From an uncultured Gemmatimonadales bacterium (GTDB taxonomy: Bacteria; Gemmatimonadota; Gemmatimonadetes; Gemmatimonadales; GWC2-71-9): a stretch of DNA of 64,000 bases. This document shows positions 18,494-28,487 of the stretch, one piece after another. Position 1 is the stretch's first letter. Each line of letters starts with the position of its first letter. Position numbers and translations under genes: made by a program. Below the pieces are notes generated by a model. The model did not search any database, was not told the DNA's origin, and worked only from the letters and a program-made list of their open reading frames with translations. The stretch is taken from contig CAWHFW010000003.1 in NCBI GenBank assembly GCA_963828735.1, forward strand, positions 128,001-192,000, read 5' to 3'.

Positions 18494-19108
18494 ATGGAAG
18501 CCGCCAGCGACGAACCCGGCATCTCCCGCGCTCTGATCGCGCTCCGCTCGCTGCTCATCCCCGGCGAAGAGCTCGAGACCCACGCGATTCAGCGCCGCCT
18601 GTTCGCCCTCACTCATCGCCGCACCATCGTCGGTGCCACGTCCGGTCGCCTGATCGTGGTGGCCCGCGGTCTCTTCGGCGACTACACCCCGCAGGACGTC
18701 CGGTGGCAGGACCTGCAGGACGCTCAGCTGCGGGTTGGCGTGTTCGGTGCGACGCTGTCGGCGAGCGTGCATGGCACGGCGGATCTCGCCTCTGCGGAGG
18801 GTCCGCGACGCGTAGTGCGCGTCGACGGCCTCCGGAAGGAGGAGGCGCAGCAGGTCTATCGGGCCTGCCAGTCGCAGGAACAGGCCTGGCGCGAGAAGCG
18901 CCGCGTGCGCGAGTTGGAAGAGCTCCGCGCCAAGTCGGGTGGCATCAATCTCGCCGGCGGCATGGGCACGGCCCCCGCGTCGGCCGGCGACGACGGCTCA
19001 CAGGCGCTCGCCGGGCGCCTCCAGCGGGCCAGGGAAATGCTGCAGCAGGGCCTCCTCACCGACGCCGAGTTCGAGCAGGTGAAGGCGCGGATTCTCTCCG
19101 AGCTGTAG
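18494..19108 (+). CDS. Bacterial PH-like domain protein with C-terminal SHOCT domain
   Basis: AGGAG RBS; LIPGEE, ATSGRLI PH-like segment; C-terminal L..G.LT.AEF...KARIL SHOCT motif. Confidence 0.78.
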   Translation: MEAASDEPGISRALIALRSLLIPGEELETHAIQRRLFALTHRRTIVGATSGRLIVVARGLFGDYTPQDVRWQDLQDAQLRVGVFGATLSASVHGTADLASAEGPRRVVRVDGLRKEEAQQVYRACQSQEQAWREKRRVRELEELRAKSGGINLAGGMGTAPASAGDDGSQALAGRLQRAREMLQQGLLTDAEFEQVKARILSEL

Positions 19109-19110
19109 CG

Positions 19111-20670
19111 CTGACGCTCGCCGAGCTGGTCGAGGCCTCCCGCGCGGTCGCCGCCACGCGCGCGCGACGCGAGAAGATCGCCCGCCTCGCCGCCGTGCTC
19201 GCGTCCGCGCCACCCAACGAGGTGGCTCTCGCCACGTCGTACCTCTGCGGCATCGTTCCCCAGGACAAGCTCGGCGTCGGATGGGCCGGACTTCAGGCCG
19301 CGGCCGCCGCCACGCCGGTACCGGCCGAGCGGTCGGACGCGCCGGAGCCCGTCGTCCTCGGCGAGCTGGACGCCGCCTTCGGGCGAATCGCCGGGACGAC
19401 GGGCAAAGGATCCGCCGAGGCCAAGCAGCGGATCCTCCGCGAGCTGCTCGCGCAGCTCGGCGAAGAAGAACGGCGTTTCCTGTTCGGGCTCGTCACCGGC
19501 GAGCTTCGCCAGGGCGCGCTCGAAGGAATCGTGATTGAAGCCGTCGCCCGGGCCGCCGACCTGCCCGCCGACGATGTTCGCCGTGCAGCGATGCTGGCCG
19601 GCGACCTTCCGCGGGTTGCCCACGCGGCACTCACCGAAGGCGCGAGCGGATTGGCGGGATTTGCAGTGCAGCTCTTCCGGCCGGTGCTTCCGATGCTCGC
19701 CGGCACGGCCGAGACGGTGGAGGACGCGCTCGCCGAGGTGGGCGAGGCCGCGCTCGAGTGGAAGCTGGATGGCGCACGGGTCCAGATCCACAAGTCGGGT
19801 GACGAGGTTCGGGTGTATTCCCGCCTGCTCAACGAGGTGACACCCGCCGTACCCGAGCTGGTCGAGGTCGCGCGGGCGCTGGGGCCGAGAGAGTTGATCG
19901 TCGAAGGCGAAGCAATCGCGCTCCGCCCCGACGGGACGCCCCATCCCTTTCAGACGACGATGAGCCGCTTCGGCCGCCGGCTCGACGTGGTGGAGGCGCG
20001 GCGCACCACGCCGCTGACGCTGGCGCTGTTCGACATCCTCTATCTCGATGGCGCCTCGCTCATGGACGAGCCGCTCATCCGCAGGACGGACGCCCTCGCG
20101 GGTGCGGTACCCGAGGCGCTGCGCGTGCCGCGTCTCGTCACCAACGCACCCGAGCCGGCGCGGGCATTCCTCGAGCACGCGCTGGCGCGCGGCCATGAGG
20201 GGATCATGGTGAAGGCGCTGGACGCGCCCTACGAGGCCGGGCGTCGGGGCCGGCGGTGGCTCAAGGTGAAACCGGTGCGGACGCTGGATCTCGTCGTGCT
20301 GGCCGCCGAATGGGGCCACGGCCGCCGCCGCGGCTGGCTCAGCAATCTCCACCTCGGCGCGCGCGATCCCGAGCGGGGGGGCTTCGTGATGCTCGGCAAG
20401 ACCTTCAAGGGCATGACGGACGAGATGCTGGCGTGGCAGACCATGAAGCTCCAGGAGCTCGAGGTTTCCCGCGACGGCCACACCGTGCATGTGCGCCCCG
20501 AGCTGGTGGTGGAAGTGGCGTTCAACGACCTGCAGGCGAGTCCGCACTATCCGGGCGGCCTCGCCCTGCGGTTCGCGCGGGTCAAGGGCTACCGTCCGGA
20601 CAAGTCGGCCGCGGACGCCGACACGATCCAGACGCTCAGGGAGATCTGGCGGCGACAGTCCGGCTCCTGA
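19111..20670 (+). CDS. ligB: ATP-dependent DNA ligase, LigB type (apparent CTG start)
   Basis: N-terminal DNA-binding domain (SRAVAAT.ARREKI, GELRQGALEG), EWKLDGAR, EGIMVK, WLKVK, ALRFARV..YRPDK. Confidence 0.92.
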   Translation: MTLAELVEASRAVAATRARREKIARLAAVLASAPPNEVALATSYLCGIVPQDKLGVGWAGLQAAAAATPVPAERSDAPEPVVLGELDAAFGRIAGTTGKGSAEAKQRILRELLAQLGEEERRFLFGLVTGELRQGALEGIVIEAVARAADLPADDVRRAAMLAGDLPRVAHAALTEGASGLAGFAVQLFRPVLPMLAGTAETVEDALAEVGEAALEWKLDGARVQIHKSGDEVRVYSRLLNEVTPAVPELVEVARALGPRELIVEGEAIALRPDGTPHPFQTTMSRFGRRLDVVEARRTTPLTLALFDILYLDGASLMDEPLIRRTDALAGAVPEALRVPRLVTNAPEPARAFLEHALARGHEGIMVKALDAPYEAGRRGRRWLKVKPVRTLDLVVLAAEWGHGRRRGWLSNLHLGARDPERGGFVMLGKTFKGMTDEMLAWQTMKLQELEVSRDGHTVHVRPELVVEVAFNDLQASPHYPGGLALRFARVKGYRPDKSAADADTIQTLREIWRRQSGS

Positions 20671-20751
20671 GCACGCCTCTCGCGCATCGTTGGCGCGAGC
20701 GCTATCGTAGGGCCCTCGCATGTCATCGGCGATTTCCGACAAGGAGACAGC

Positions 20752-21633
20752 ATGGTCTTCCGAGCAAAGCATGGTTCGTTTCTGATTCTCGTGAGCGTAG
20801 CGACCGCGTGTCGAAGCGATCGACCCGCCCCGGACGCGGCCGGCTCGGCCCCACCCGCCGCTGCCGAGCCGGCGGCCGCCCCGTCGTCGCCGGAGCTGGT
20901 TCACGTCAAGGCCACCGATTACAAGCTCGACCTGCCGGCGAAGATCACCGCCGGGGCCGTGACGATGCATCTCATGAACGAAGGCAAGGAGCTGCACCAC
21001 GCCATGGTCGTCCGGCTGGAGGACGGCAAGACCGTGGCCGACCTCGGCCAGGCGCTGAAGACCGAAGGACCGCCGCCCCCGTGGGTCAAGTTCGTCGGCG
21101 GCCCCAATGGCATCGTTCCGGGCGCCACGACGACGGCCACGATGGTCCTGACGCCCGGCAACTACGCCGTGATTTGCATGATTCCCGGTCAGGACGGGAT
21201 CCCGCACGCGGCGAAGGGTATGGTGCAGCCTTTCGAGGTCACCGCGTCGAGCGGCGCCGAAGCCGCTCTGCCGGCAGCGACGGACACGGTGCTGATGAAG
21301 GACTACGGGTTCGAGGGGCGGCCGCTCGCCGCCGGGAAGCACACCATCTACGTGGAGAACGGCGGACCGCAGGTCCACGAGCTGGTGCTCCTCAAGCTGG
21401 CGCCGGGCAAGACGGTGAAGGACTTCGGCAAGTGGGCCACCTCGGGCGGCATGAAGGGGCCGCCGCCTGCCCTCCCGATCGGGGGCATCGGCCCACTGGA
21501 CCTGGGAGCGCACGCCGAGTTCGATGCCGACCTCGCCGCGGGCGAGTATGCCTTCATCTGCTTCGTACCGGACATGAAGGACGGCAAGCCGCATCTCGAG
21601 CACGGGATGACGCAGCAGTTCAGCGTGAAGTAG
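20752..21633 (+). CDS. Lipoprotein with two tandem cupredoxin-like domains
   Basis: Lipobox ATAC; duplicated N.G...H ... G.Y..IC..P....G.PH...GM pattern (type-1 copper ligands H/C/H/M). Confidence 0.8.
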   Translation: MVFRAKHGSFLILVSVATACRSDRPAPDAAGSAPPAAAEPAAAPSSPELVHVKATDYKLDLPAKITAGAVTMHLMNEGKELHHAMVVRLEDGKTVADLGQALKTEGPPPPWVKFVGGPNGIVPGATTTATMVLTPGNYAVICMIPGQDGIPHAAKGMVQPFEVTASSGAEAALPAATDTVLMKDYGFEGRPLAAGKHTIYVENGGPQVHELVLLKLAPGKTVKDFGKWATSGGMKGPPPALPIGGIGPLDLGAHAEFDADLAAGEYAFICFVPDMKDGKPHLEHGMTQQFSVK

Positions 21634-21675
21634 TAAGTTGGAGCCGTCCCCACCCCACCGATCCCGGAGGTTTTC

Positions 21676-22236
21676 ATGGTGTCGCTTGGCGCGCTCTGGC
21701 TTCCCGTGCTCCTCTCCGCCGTGTTGGTGTTCGTGACCAGCAGCATCATCCACATGGTGCTGCGCTATCACAGCAGCGACTACACCAGGCTCCCGAACGA
21801 AGATGTGGTCCGCGAGGCGATCCGCAGTGGAAATCCCGCGCCCAAGCAGTACATCATCCCGTACGCCATGGGTCCGAAGGATCTGGAGTCGCCGGAGATG
21901 AAGCGCAAGTTCGAGGAGGGGCCGGTGGGCGTGCTCAACATCAGGCCGTCGGGCGCGCCCGGCATGGGCAAGAACCTCGTCCAGTGGTTCGTGTTCGCGC
22001 TGGTCGTCTCGTTCTTCGTGGCGTACGTCGCATGCCACGCCCTGCCGTCCGGCGCCGAATACCTCCGGGTGTTCCAGCTGGTCGGGGCCGTCGCCTTTCT
22101 CGCCTACGCGGCCGGCCAGCTCCCGGCCGCGATATGGATGGGCAAGCCGTGGGCGATTGCGTGGAAGGAAGTATTCGACGGACTGCTCTACGGACTGGTG
22201 ACCGCGGGGAGTTTCGGGTGGCTCTGGCCGAGGTGA
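21676..22236 (+). CDS. Hypothetical integral membrane protein
   Basis: GGAGG RBS; about four hydrophobic helices; follows the cupredoxin gene on the same strand. Confidence 0.8.
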   Translation: MVSLGALWLPVLLSAVLVFVTSSIIHMVLRYHSSDYTRLPNEDVVREAIRSGNPAPKQYIIPYAMGPKDLESPEMKRKFEEGPVGVLNIRPSGAPGMGKNLVQWFVFALVVSFFVAYVACHALPSGAEYLRVFQLVGAVAFLAYAAGQLPAAIWMGKPWAIAWKEVFDGLLYGLVTAGSFGWLWPR

Positions 22237-22243
22237 CCTGCTA

Positions 22244-22271
22244 GCGGTGAGCGGTGAGCGGTGAGCGGTGA
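22244..22271. repeat. Heptamer tandem repeat (GCGGTGA)x4
   Basis: Four perfect copies directly after the membrane protein gene. Confidence 0.9.
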
Positions 22272-22282
22272 GGCTGCTCGAA

Positions 22283-22317
22283 ACGAAGGGGGCATGCACC
22301 TCGCATGCCCCCTTCGT
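22283..22317. terminator. Bidirectional terminator hairpin
   Basis: 15-bp perfect stem ACGAAGGGGGCATGC / GCATGCCCCCTTCGT with 5-nt loop, between convergent genes. Confidence 0.8.
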
Positions 22318-22344
22318 ATTATCTCCGACGAGGACACGCCGCGG

Positions 22345-23523
22345 TCAGACCACCATCAGGTCCGACTGGTACACCTGGGGCGTGATCTCGACTTCGCCCT
22401 CGCCCACGACCACGTTGACCTCGCTGCGCACGCCCGCCTCGCCGGGGAAGTAGACGCCGGGCTCGACCGAGAACCCGACGCCGGGAATGAGCAGGCGATC
22501 GTCGTGGGTCTCGGTGTTGTCGATCGGCGGGCCGAACCCGTGCAGCCCGTAGCGGTCGATCGAGTGGCCGGTGCGCGCGATCGTCCGGTCGGCGTAGCCG
22601 GCCGCGGTGATGACCTCCCGCGCCGCCGCGTCCGCCTCCGCGCCGCGAACGGCCGCGCCGCCGCGGACTCGCGAACGGATCAGATCCAGGGCGGCGTCCC
22701 GCGCCCGTCGCACCACGGACCACAGGTGGGCGTCGCGCTCCGATGGAGGGCCGATCGCCGCCATCCAGGTCTGATCCGCATAGATCCCTCCCGGCTCCGT
22801 CGCCCAGAGGTCCAGCAGCAGCATGGCCCCGCGCACGATGGGCGCGCTCTCCTCCGGCGTGGGGTCATAGTGCGCCCGCGCCGCATTGGGTCCCCAGCTC
22901 ACGCTCGGCCCGCTTTCCGTCACGAGACCGGCGCGGTCGAAGCGCTCGCGCACCCAGACGGCGAGCGCATGCTCGTTGAGCGGCTCCGCGGTCGCGGCAC
23001 GACTCCCGGCCAGCGCGAGCGCCTCCCGCGCGATTGCCGCGATCGCCTCCGCCGCCCGGCGGTGCGACGCGACGTCCGCCGCCGACCACACCGAGCAGTA
23101 TCGCGTCACCAGCTCGGCCGACGGCACCAGCGTCGCGCCGAGGCTGCGCAGCAGCTCGGCCACGCCGAGCGGCACACCGTCGAGATACGGGATGGCGCCG
23201 TCGGGGGACCAGTCGACCGCCAGCCGCTTGCCTCGCACGAGCGTCCCGAGCTCCGCCGCGAGCTGCTCGCGCGTCACCCAGACTCGCTTGGGCCACGACG
23301 AGGGCCAGGCCCGCCAGAGCTCGGCGTCCACCGCGTGCACCAGTGCGATCGGGAGACCCGTGGGCGGGATCAGCACGTAGACGCGCCGGGAGCCCACGAT
23401 CTCGGGGCCCAGCACGGCCGCGGCGATGGGATTGCGGCCGCGAAAGTCGAACAGGAGCCATCCGTCCACGCCGAACTGGGCAACGAGGGGCTGGAGACGG
23501 GCCAGGTCGGTCGGCGTGATCAT
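22345..23523 (-). CDS. M24 family (Xaa-Pro) aminopeptidase
   Basis: Metal ligands LLDLW, YADQT, RTGHSI, FSVEPG.Y, GVRSE; N-terminal creatinase-like domain. Confidence 0.9.
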   Translation of the reverse strand: MITPTDLARLQPLVAQFGVDGWLLFDFRGRNPIAAAVLGPEIVGSRRVYVLIPPTGLPIALVHAVDAELWRAWPSSWPKRVWVTREQLAAELGTLVRGKRLAVDWSPDGAIPYLDGVPLGVAELLRSLGATLVPSAELVTRYCSVWSAADVASHRRAAEAIAAIAREALALAGSRAATAEPLNEHALAVWVRERFDRAGLVTESGPSVSWGPNAARAHYDPTPEESAPIVRGAMLLLDLWATEPGGIYADQTWMAAIGPPSERDAHLWSVVRRARDAALDLIRSRVRGGAAVRGAEADAAAREVITAAGYADRTIARTGHSIDRYGLHGFGPPIDNTETHDDRLLIPGVGFSVEPGVYFPGEAGVRSEVNVVVGEGEVEITPQVYQSDLMVV

Positions 23524-23537
23524 CGAGACCTCGGGCC

Positions 23538-25232
23538 TCAGCGCGCCCCGGTCGCGTGCGGCGCGTCGCCGGGGCGGTCCACCCAACGGGTGAACACGTA
23601 GTAGTTCTCGTCCACTCGAAACGCGTCCGGCGGGTCGAGTGCCAGAGTCGCCGTCTGCCATTGCTCCGTGGGCTTGAGCGTCATCGAGCTGTCCTTGGCC
23701 GCGTGCACGCGGATCGGCATGTCGAACCCGGGCACGACGTCCGCCCAGCGGTAGGTGAGCGTCGAGCCGTCGAGCCGGTACTCGAGCGTCGGCACCCTGG
23801 TGGTCGTGAGGTACTGCTGGAACACGTGGCGCAGGTCCACGCCCGAGTGCGCGCTCATGTACTCCTGGATCTGGCGCCCGGTCACGACCCGGTGCGCGAA
23901 GGTCGCGTTCACGCCGCGCAGCACCGCGCGCCACGTGCTGTCGTTCCCGACGACCTGGCGGATGGTGTGCAGCATGTTGCCGCCCTTGTAGTACATGTCG
24001 AGCGGCCCTTCCGCGTTCACGCCGAACGGCCCGACGATCGGCCGATCGTTCTTGATCAGCTTCCGCGTTCCCATGACGTAGGCCGCCCCCGCGGGTGTGC
24101 CATACAGGCACTCCGTGTAGAGCGACTCCGAGTAGTTCGCGAAGCTCTCGTGTACCCACATGTCTGCGATGTCGGCCGTCGTGATGCTGTTGCCCCACCA
24201 CTCGTGCGCGCTCTCGTGGATCACGATGAAGTCCCACGTGAGCCCCCAGCCCGTGCCCGAGAGATCGGTGCCATGGTAGCCGTTCTGGAAGCCATTCCCG
24301 TAGGCCACGGCGCTCTGGTGTTCCATGCCCAGGTGGGGGGCTTCGATGAGTCGGTAGCCGTCGCGATACCAGGGGTACGGCCCGAACCAGCTCTCGAAAC
24401 ACTTGAGCATCGGCTTCACGTCGTCCCACTGCCGGAGGGCATCCTCGCGGTGTACTTCCAGCGGTCGGAGGTCGAGCGTGAGCAGGCCGCCTTCGCCGGC
24501 GTAGGTGTCCGAGATCTGCGCGTAGCGCCCGATGTACGGCGCCACGTCGTAGTTGTTGATCGGGCTCGTGACGAACCATTCCCACGTGGCCCATCCGTCC
24601 GGCAGCTTCGTCATCCCGCGCAGGCGTCCGTTGGCCACCACCTGGAGCGAATCGGGGGCCGTGATGGCCACCCGCTGGCTGTCGGGCTCGTCCGCCTGCG
24701 TGTCCTTGGTAGGCCACCACACGCTCGCGCCCAGCCCCTGGCACGCGGTCGAGATCCAGGGACGGCCGTCGGGGTCACGCGCCCAGATGAGTCCGCCGTC
24801 CCATGGCGGCTTCACCGCCACGGTGGGACGGCCATGGTAGAAGACCGTGATGGTGCGCGTGGCTCCCTTGGCCTGCTTGCCAGCCATCGTCACGAAGAAG
24901 GCATTGCCGTCGCGCCGATACGTGAGGCGACGTCCGTCCTGAACCATGCTGTCGACCTCGAGCGGCGTCTGCAGGTCGATCTGCATTGCTCGCGAAGGGC
25001 CGGTCACGCGATACGTGATCCCATTCCACCCGCTGATGGTGCTGTCCGCCGGATTGATCCTGACGTGCAGATCGTAGAACACGACGTCCCACCAGGCACG
25101 CTCGGCCGTGATGCTCCCCCGCAACGTGTCGGCGCGGGTGTAGACGTGCTCCTGCTCCTGGGCGGAGACGGGCGACCCGGCCGCAGCAACGAGGAGCAGG
25201 GCGAACGGCATGAATCGGCGGAGTCGGTTCAC
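23538..25232 (-). CDS. M1 family zinc aminopeptidase, exported
   Basis: GMEHQ exopeptidase motif; HESAHEWWGN...WVHESFA (HEXXH-18-E); YYKG; signal peptide. Confidence 0.93.
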   Translation of the reverse strand: MNRLRRFMPFALLLVAAAGSPVSAQEQEHVYTRADTLRGSITAERAWWDVVFYDLHVRINPADSTISGWNGITYRVTGPSRAMQIDLQTPLEVDSMVQDGRRLTYRRDGNAFFVTMAGKQAKGATRTITVFYHGRPTVAVKPPWDGGLIWARDPDGRPWISTACQGLGASVWWPTKDTQADEPDSQRVAITAPDSLQVVANGRLRGMTKLPDGWATWEWFVTSPINNYDVAPYIGRYAQISDTYAGEGGLLTLDLRPLEVHREDALRQWDDVKPMLKCFESWFGPYPWYRDGYRLIEAPHLGMEHQSAVAYGNGFQNGYHGTDLSGTGWGLTWDFIVIHESAHEWWGNSITTADIADMWVHESFANYSESLYTECLYGTPAGAAYVMGTRKLIKNDRPIVGPFGVNAEGPLDMYYKGGNMLHTIRQVVGNDSTWRAVLRGVNATFAHRVVTGRQIQEYMSAHSGVDLRHVFQQYLTTTRVPTLEYRLDGSTLTYRWADVVPGFDMPIRVHAAKDSSMTLKPTEQWQTATLALDPPDAFRVDENYYVFTRWVDRPGDAPHATGAR

Positions 25233-25490
25233 TCGGGGAAAATCCTGGGTCGGGCGGTGAAAGTGCATGGAGACGGGCGTGCGCGCCGTCGTATCCTACA
25301 TCAGCCGGCGGGGCCCCGGTAGCACGTCCTGCTCCTACGAACGCGGTGGCCGGCAGTTTCGGTCGTCGCCGCCTGCGAGCTGGCGGCCCGGAGCGAGACG
25401 ACTCAGGTCTGGCGCACGGATCGCGGCTCCGGCGCGACGAGCCCGCTTGCCGACCTCTTCCCCAGCCGACACATTTCGTCGCGAACGAAC

Positions 25491-28487
25491 GTGCGCGCCC
25501 GTTCCCTCCCCCTCCATTCGAGTGACCGGTTGATTCGAGCGCTTCTGCTGGCCGGCGCCCTGCTGGCGACGGCCGCTCGCGCGGCGGTCGGCCAGGCTCC
25601 CGACGATCCCCGCGCCCTGACACGCGCCGCCCTGCGCGCCGTCGAAGGCGACAGCGGCGCCGCGCTCCGCGCCCAGTGGGCGGCGCGGCTCGGCAGCCGG
25701 GCCGACGATCGCGCCGCCGAACTGGGTCTCGCGACGCTCGACCGCCTCGAGTACGACTACACCTCCGCCGACGGGCGCTACGCCCGCCTCTCGGCGGATA
25801 CCGCCTCGACCGATCTGTACGCCATCTACGCCCTCATCGGCGCCGGACAGGGCCTCGATACCCGCGGCCACTTGAGCGAGGCCGGCGAGCGTCTCGGACG
25901 CGCGCGCACCGCCGCGCATCGCCGCGGCGACCACTGGGCCGAAGGCGAAGCCCTGCTCGCCCAAGCCTTCATCCGGGCTCAAGCCGAAGGCGTTGCGGCG
26001 GGATTCGCGATTCTCGATACGGTGAACCGGCTGTTGCCGCGGTCCGCGCTCGCGAGCCGGGCCGCGCTGCTGGGACGCCGCTCCGGCCTCTTCGCCATCT
26101 CCGGGCAGGGCGACAGCGCCGCGGCCCTCTCGATCGCCTGCGGCGATCTGGCGAGCCGGGCCGGCGAGCCACGCACCGAGGCCACGTGCCTGCGCGCACA
26201 GGCGTACAGCCTCTCCGCGCAGAATCGAGCCGACTCCGCGCTCGCGATTCTCGCGCAGGTCGAGCGACTCCAGCGGGAGGCCCATGATCACGGTGGGCTC
26301 GCAATCACCCTCCTGTTCGCGACCGATCCCTATCTCAACACCGGCCGCTACGGCGCGGCCAAGGCGATGCTCGAGCGGGCGCTGGTCGAGGCGGAACGGT
26401 CGCACGACGACAACTCCATCGCCGCCGTTCATCTCGGACTGGGGTCCCTTGGCATTCGCTTCGCCGACTACGTCTCGGCCGACGCCGAGCTTCGCCAGGC
26501 GGCGCAGATGTTCTCGGCGCAGGGCGACACCAATGACGCGACGAACGCCGTCTCATTCCAGGCGTATCTCGCCGCGGCGACCGGCGACCTCGCCCGGGCG
26601 CGGGCGCAGTACGGGCAGGTCATCGCGTGGCAGCAGCGGATCGGGAATGTACGCGCCGAGTACGACGACCGGCTGCAGCTCGCCGAGATCGAGCTCCGTG
26701 CCGGCGACGTTCCCGCGGCGGCCACGACGTTGAGCGCGGCCCGGCGACTTGCCCGGCGCATCGAACAACCGCGGTGGCTGACGGAGCTTGGCTACGAGGA
26801 AGGGCGGCTCGCCATGGTCCGGGGCGATCTCGCGACCGCGAAGCAGCGCCTGGACAAGTACATCCGGACCCGTGATTCGACCGAGCACCTCCAGCGCCAC
26901 CTCGGACGAACGCGCCTCGCCGAGGTCTACGCGATGTCGGGCGACGTGGAGCGCGCGGAGCACGAGCTCACCGCGGCCGGCGACGAGCTCGACCACTGGC
27001 GAGCCTCGCTCGCCGACCCCGACCTGCGGGTGCTCGCCTTCCAGGCCAGCGCTGGAGACCACCGGAGCCGCGATGCCAGCGTGGCCCGGGTACTCGCGGC
27101 CATGGTGCAGGCGGGCCGGGCCGCACCGGCGTTCGAGCTCGCCGAGCGGCGCCGGGCGCGCGAGCTGGTCGATCGGCTCACGCAGGCGGAGGCGCTACGG
27201 ACGGACAGTGCGCCGACGGCGTCAGCGAGCGCCCCGCTCCGTCGCGAGCCGGTGGCCATCACCGCGGCGGCGGCCTCGGCCGCGCTGCCCGACAGCCTCA
27301 CCGCGTTGATCGAATACGTCACGGGCCTGGACGGGGCGCCGACGAGCGTGTTCGTCGTCACCCGCGACGGGGTACAGGGTCGCGTCCTGCCCGCCGCCGA
27401 CTCGGTGCTGCCATCCATCGACCGCTTCGTCGCCCTGCTCGAGGACGGGCAGGATCCCCGCGGGCCGGCCGCAACGCTCGGCCCCGCGCTGCTCGGCCCG
27501 GCGCTCGGACTTCTCGCGCCGACGGTCGATCGCCTGCTCGTGGTGCCCGACGGACCGCTTCACCGGCTGGCGTTCGACGCTCTCCGCCTGCCCGACGGAC
27601 GTCTCGTGGTCGAGCGGTACACGGTCGCGCTGGCCCCGTCGGCGGGCGTGCTCGCGACGCTCCGCACGCGGCCGGCTCGAGCCGAGCGGGCGGGAGGCGC
27701 CATGCTTCTCGCCCTCGGCGATCCAGCCTTCGCCAGGGAGCAGGGCGACCACACCGCCCGAGGCGAACTGTTCCGCGACGCGTTCGACCGGAGCGGCGGC
27801 CTACCCCGCCTGGCAGCCGCGGGCGACGAGGTTCGCGACGTGGCCCGGTACGCGCCGGAAGCCGTGGTCCGGGTTCGCGGGGACGCGAGCGAGGCGTTCC
27901 TCAAGCGCGCGCCGCTCGCGCGATTCGGCATCCTCCACTTCGCGACCCACGCCCTGGTGGACGAAGCGACCCTCGCCCGCACCGCGCTCGCGCTGGCGCC
28001 CGGCGAGGGCGAGGATGGGTTCCTCTCACCCGCGGACCTGGCCGCGCTCCACCTCGATGCCGACCTCGTGGTGCTCTCGGCGTGCCGAACCGCGGGGGGC
28101 GTCATCGTGGCGGGCGAGGGTTTGCAGGGACTGACCGGCCCGCTGCTCGAGGCCGGAGCGCGATCCGTGGTCGCGACGCAATGGCGCATCGGGGATCGCA
28201 GCACCGTCCAGCTGGTGGACCGGTTCTACTCCGCGATGGCGGAAGGGATGCGGGTGGCGGATGCCTTGCGTGAGGCCAAGCTGGCGGCCATGCGGCATGG
28301 CGCGCCGGCGAGAGACTGGGCTGCGTTTACCGTGGTCGGCGATCCGGACGTCCGCGTGCCGCTCACGCGGCCGGCGCCAGGTCCCTCGATGTTCTGGTTG
28401 GGCGCGGCAGGCGTGGCGCTCCTCTTGGGTGGTCTCCTCATCCGCCGCCGGGCACGGGATCCCGAGGACGAACCTTCCGGCGGCTAG
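25491..28487 (+). CDS. CHAT (caspase HetF) domain protein with TPR-like repeats, signal peptide and C-terminal TM anchor
   Basis: VVPDGPLH.L.F, LHFATH, LVVLSAC.T, G.RSVVATQW, WAAF.VVG; hydrophobic tail followed by RRR. Confidence 0.9.
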   Translation: MRARSLPLHSSDRLIRALLLAGALLATAARAAVGQAPDDPRALTRAALRAVEGDSGAALRAQWAARLGSRADDRAAELGLATLDRLEYDYTSADGRYARLSADTASTDLYAIYALIGAGQGLDTRGHLSEAGERLGRARTAAHRRGDHWAEGEALLAQAFIRAQAEGVAAGFAILDTVNRLLPRSALASRAALLGRRSGLFAISGQGDSAAALSIACGDLASRAGEPRTEATCLRAQAYSLSAQNRADSALAILAQVERLQREAHDHGGLAITLLFATDPYLNTGRYGAAKAMLERALVEAERSHDDNSIAAVHLGLGSLGIRFADYVSADAELRQAAQMFSAQGDTNDATNAVSFQAYLAAATGDLARARAQYGQVIAWQQRIGNVRAEYDDRLQLAEIELRAGDVPAAATTLSAARRLARRIEQPRWLTELGYEEGRLAMVRGDLATAKQRLDKYIRTRDSTEHLQRHLGRTRLAEVYAMSGDVERAEHELTAAGDELDHWRASLADPDLRVLAFQASAGDHRSRDASVARVLAAMVQAGRAAPAFELAERRRARELVDRLTQAEALRTDSAPTASASAPLRREPVAITAAAASAALPDSLTALIEYVTGLDGAPTSVFVVTRDGVQGRVLPAADSVLPSIDRFVALLEDGQDPRGPAATLGPALLGPALGLLAPTVDRLLVVPDGPLHRLAFDALRLPDGRLVVERYTVALAPSAGVLATLRTRPARAERAGGAMLLALGDPAFAREQGDHTARGELFRDAFDRSGGLPRLAAAGDEVRDVARYAPEAVVRVRGDASEAFLKRAPLARFGILHFATHALVDEATLARTALALAPGEGEDGFLSPADLAALHLDADLVVLSACRTAGGVIVAGEGLQGLTGPLLEAGARSVVATQWRIGDRSTVQLVDRFYSAMAEGMRVADALREAKLAAMRHGAPARDWAAFTVVGDPDVRVPLTRPAPGPSMFWLGAAGVALLLGGLLIRRRARDPEDEPSGG

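Noticed and set aside
18856..22299. 1147-aa minus-strand ORF (and similar long antisense ORFs such as 1788-3740, 38606-40510, 46884-48542, 53256-55241)
   Set aside because: Shadow frames opposite well-supported genes; Arg/Gly/Pro-rich with no motifs, as expected from stop-codon scarcity at about 70% GC
22244..22317. Possible CRISPR or mobile-element end
   Set aside because: Only a 7-mer tandem plus one hairpin; no spacers, cas genes or transposase
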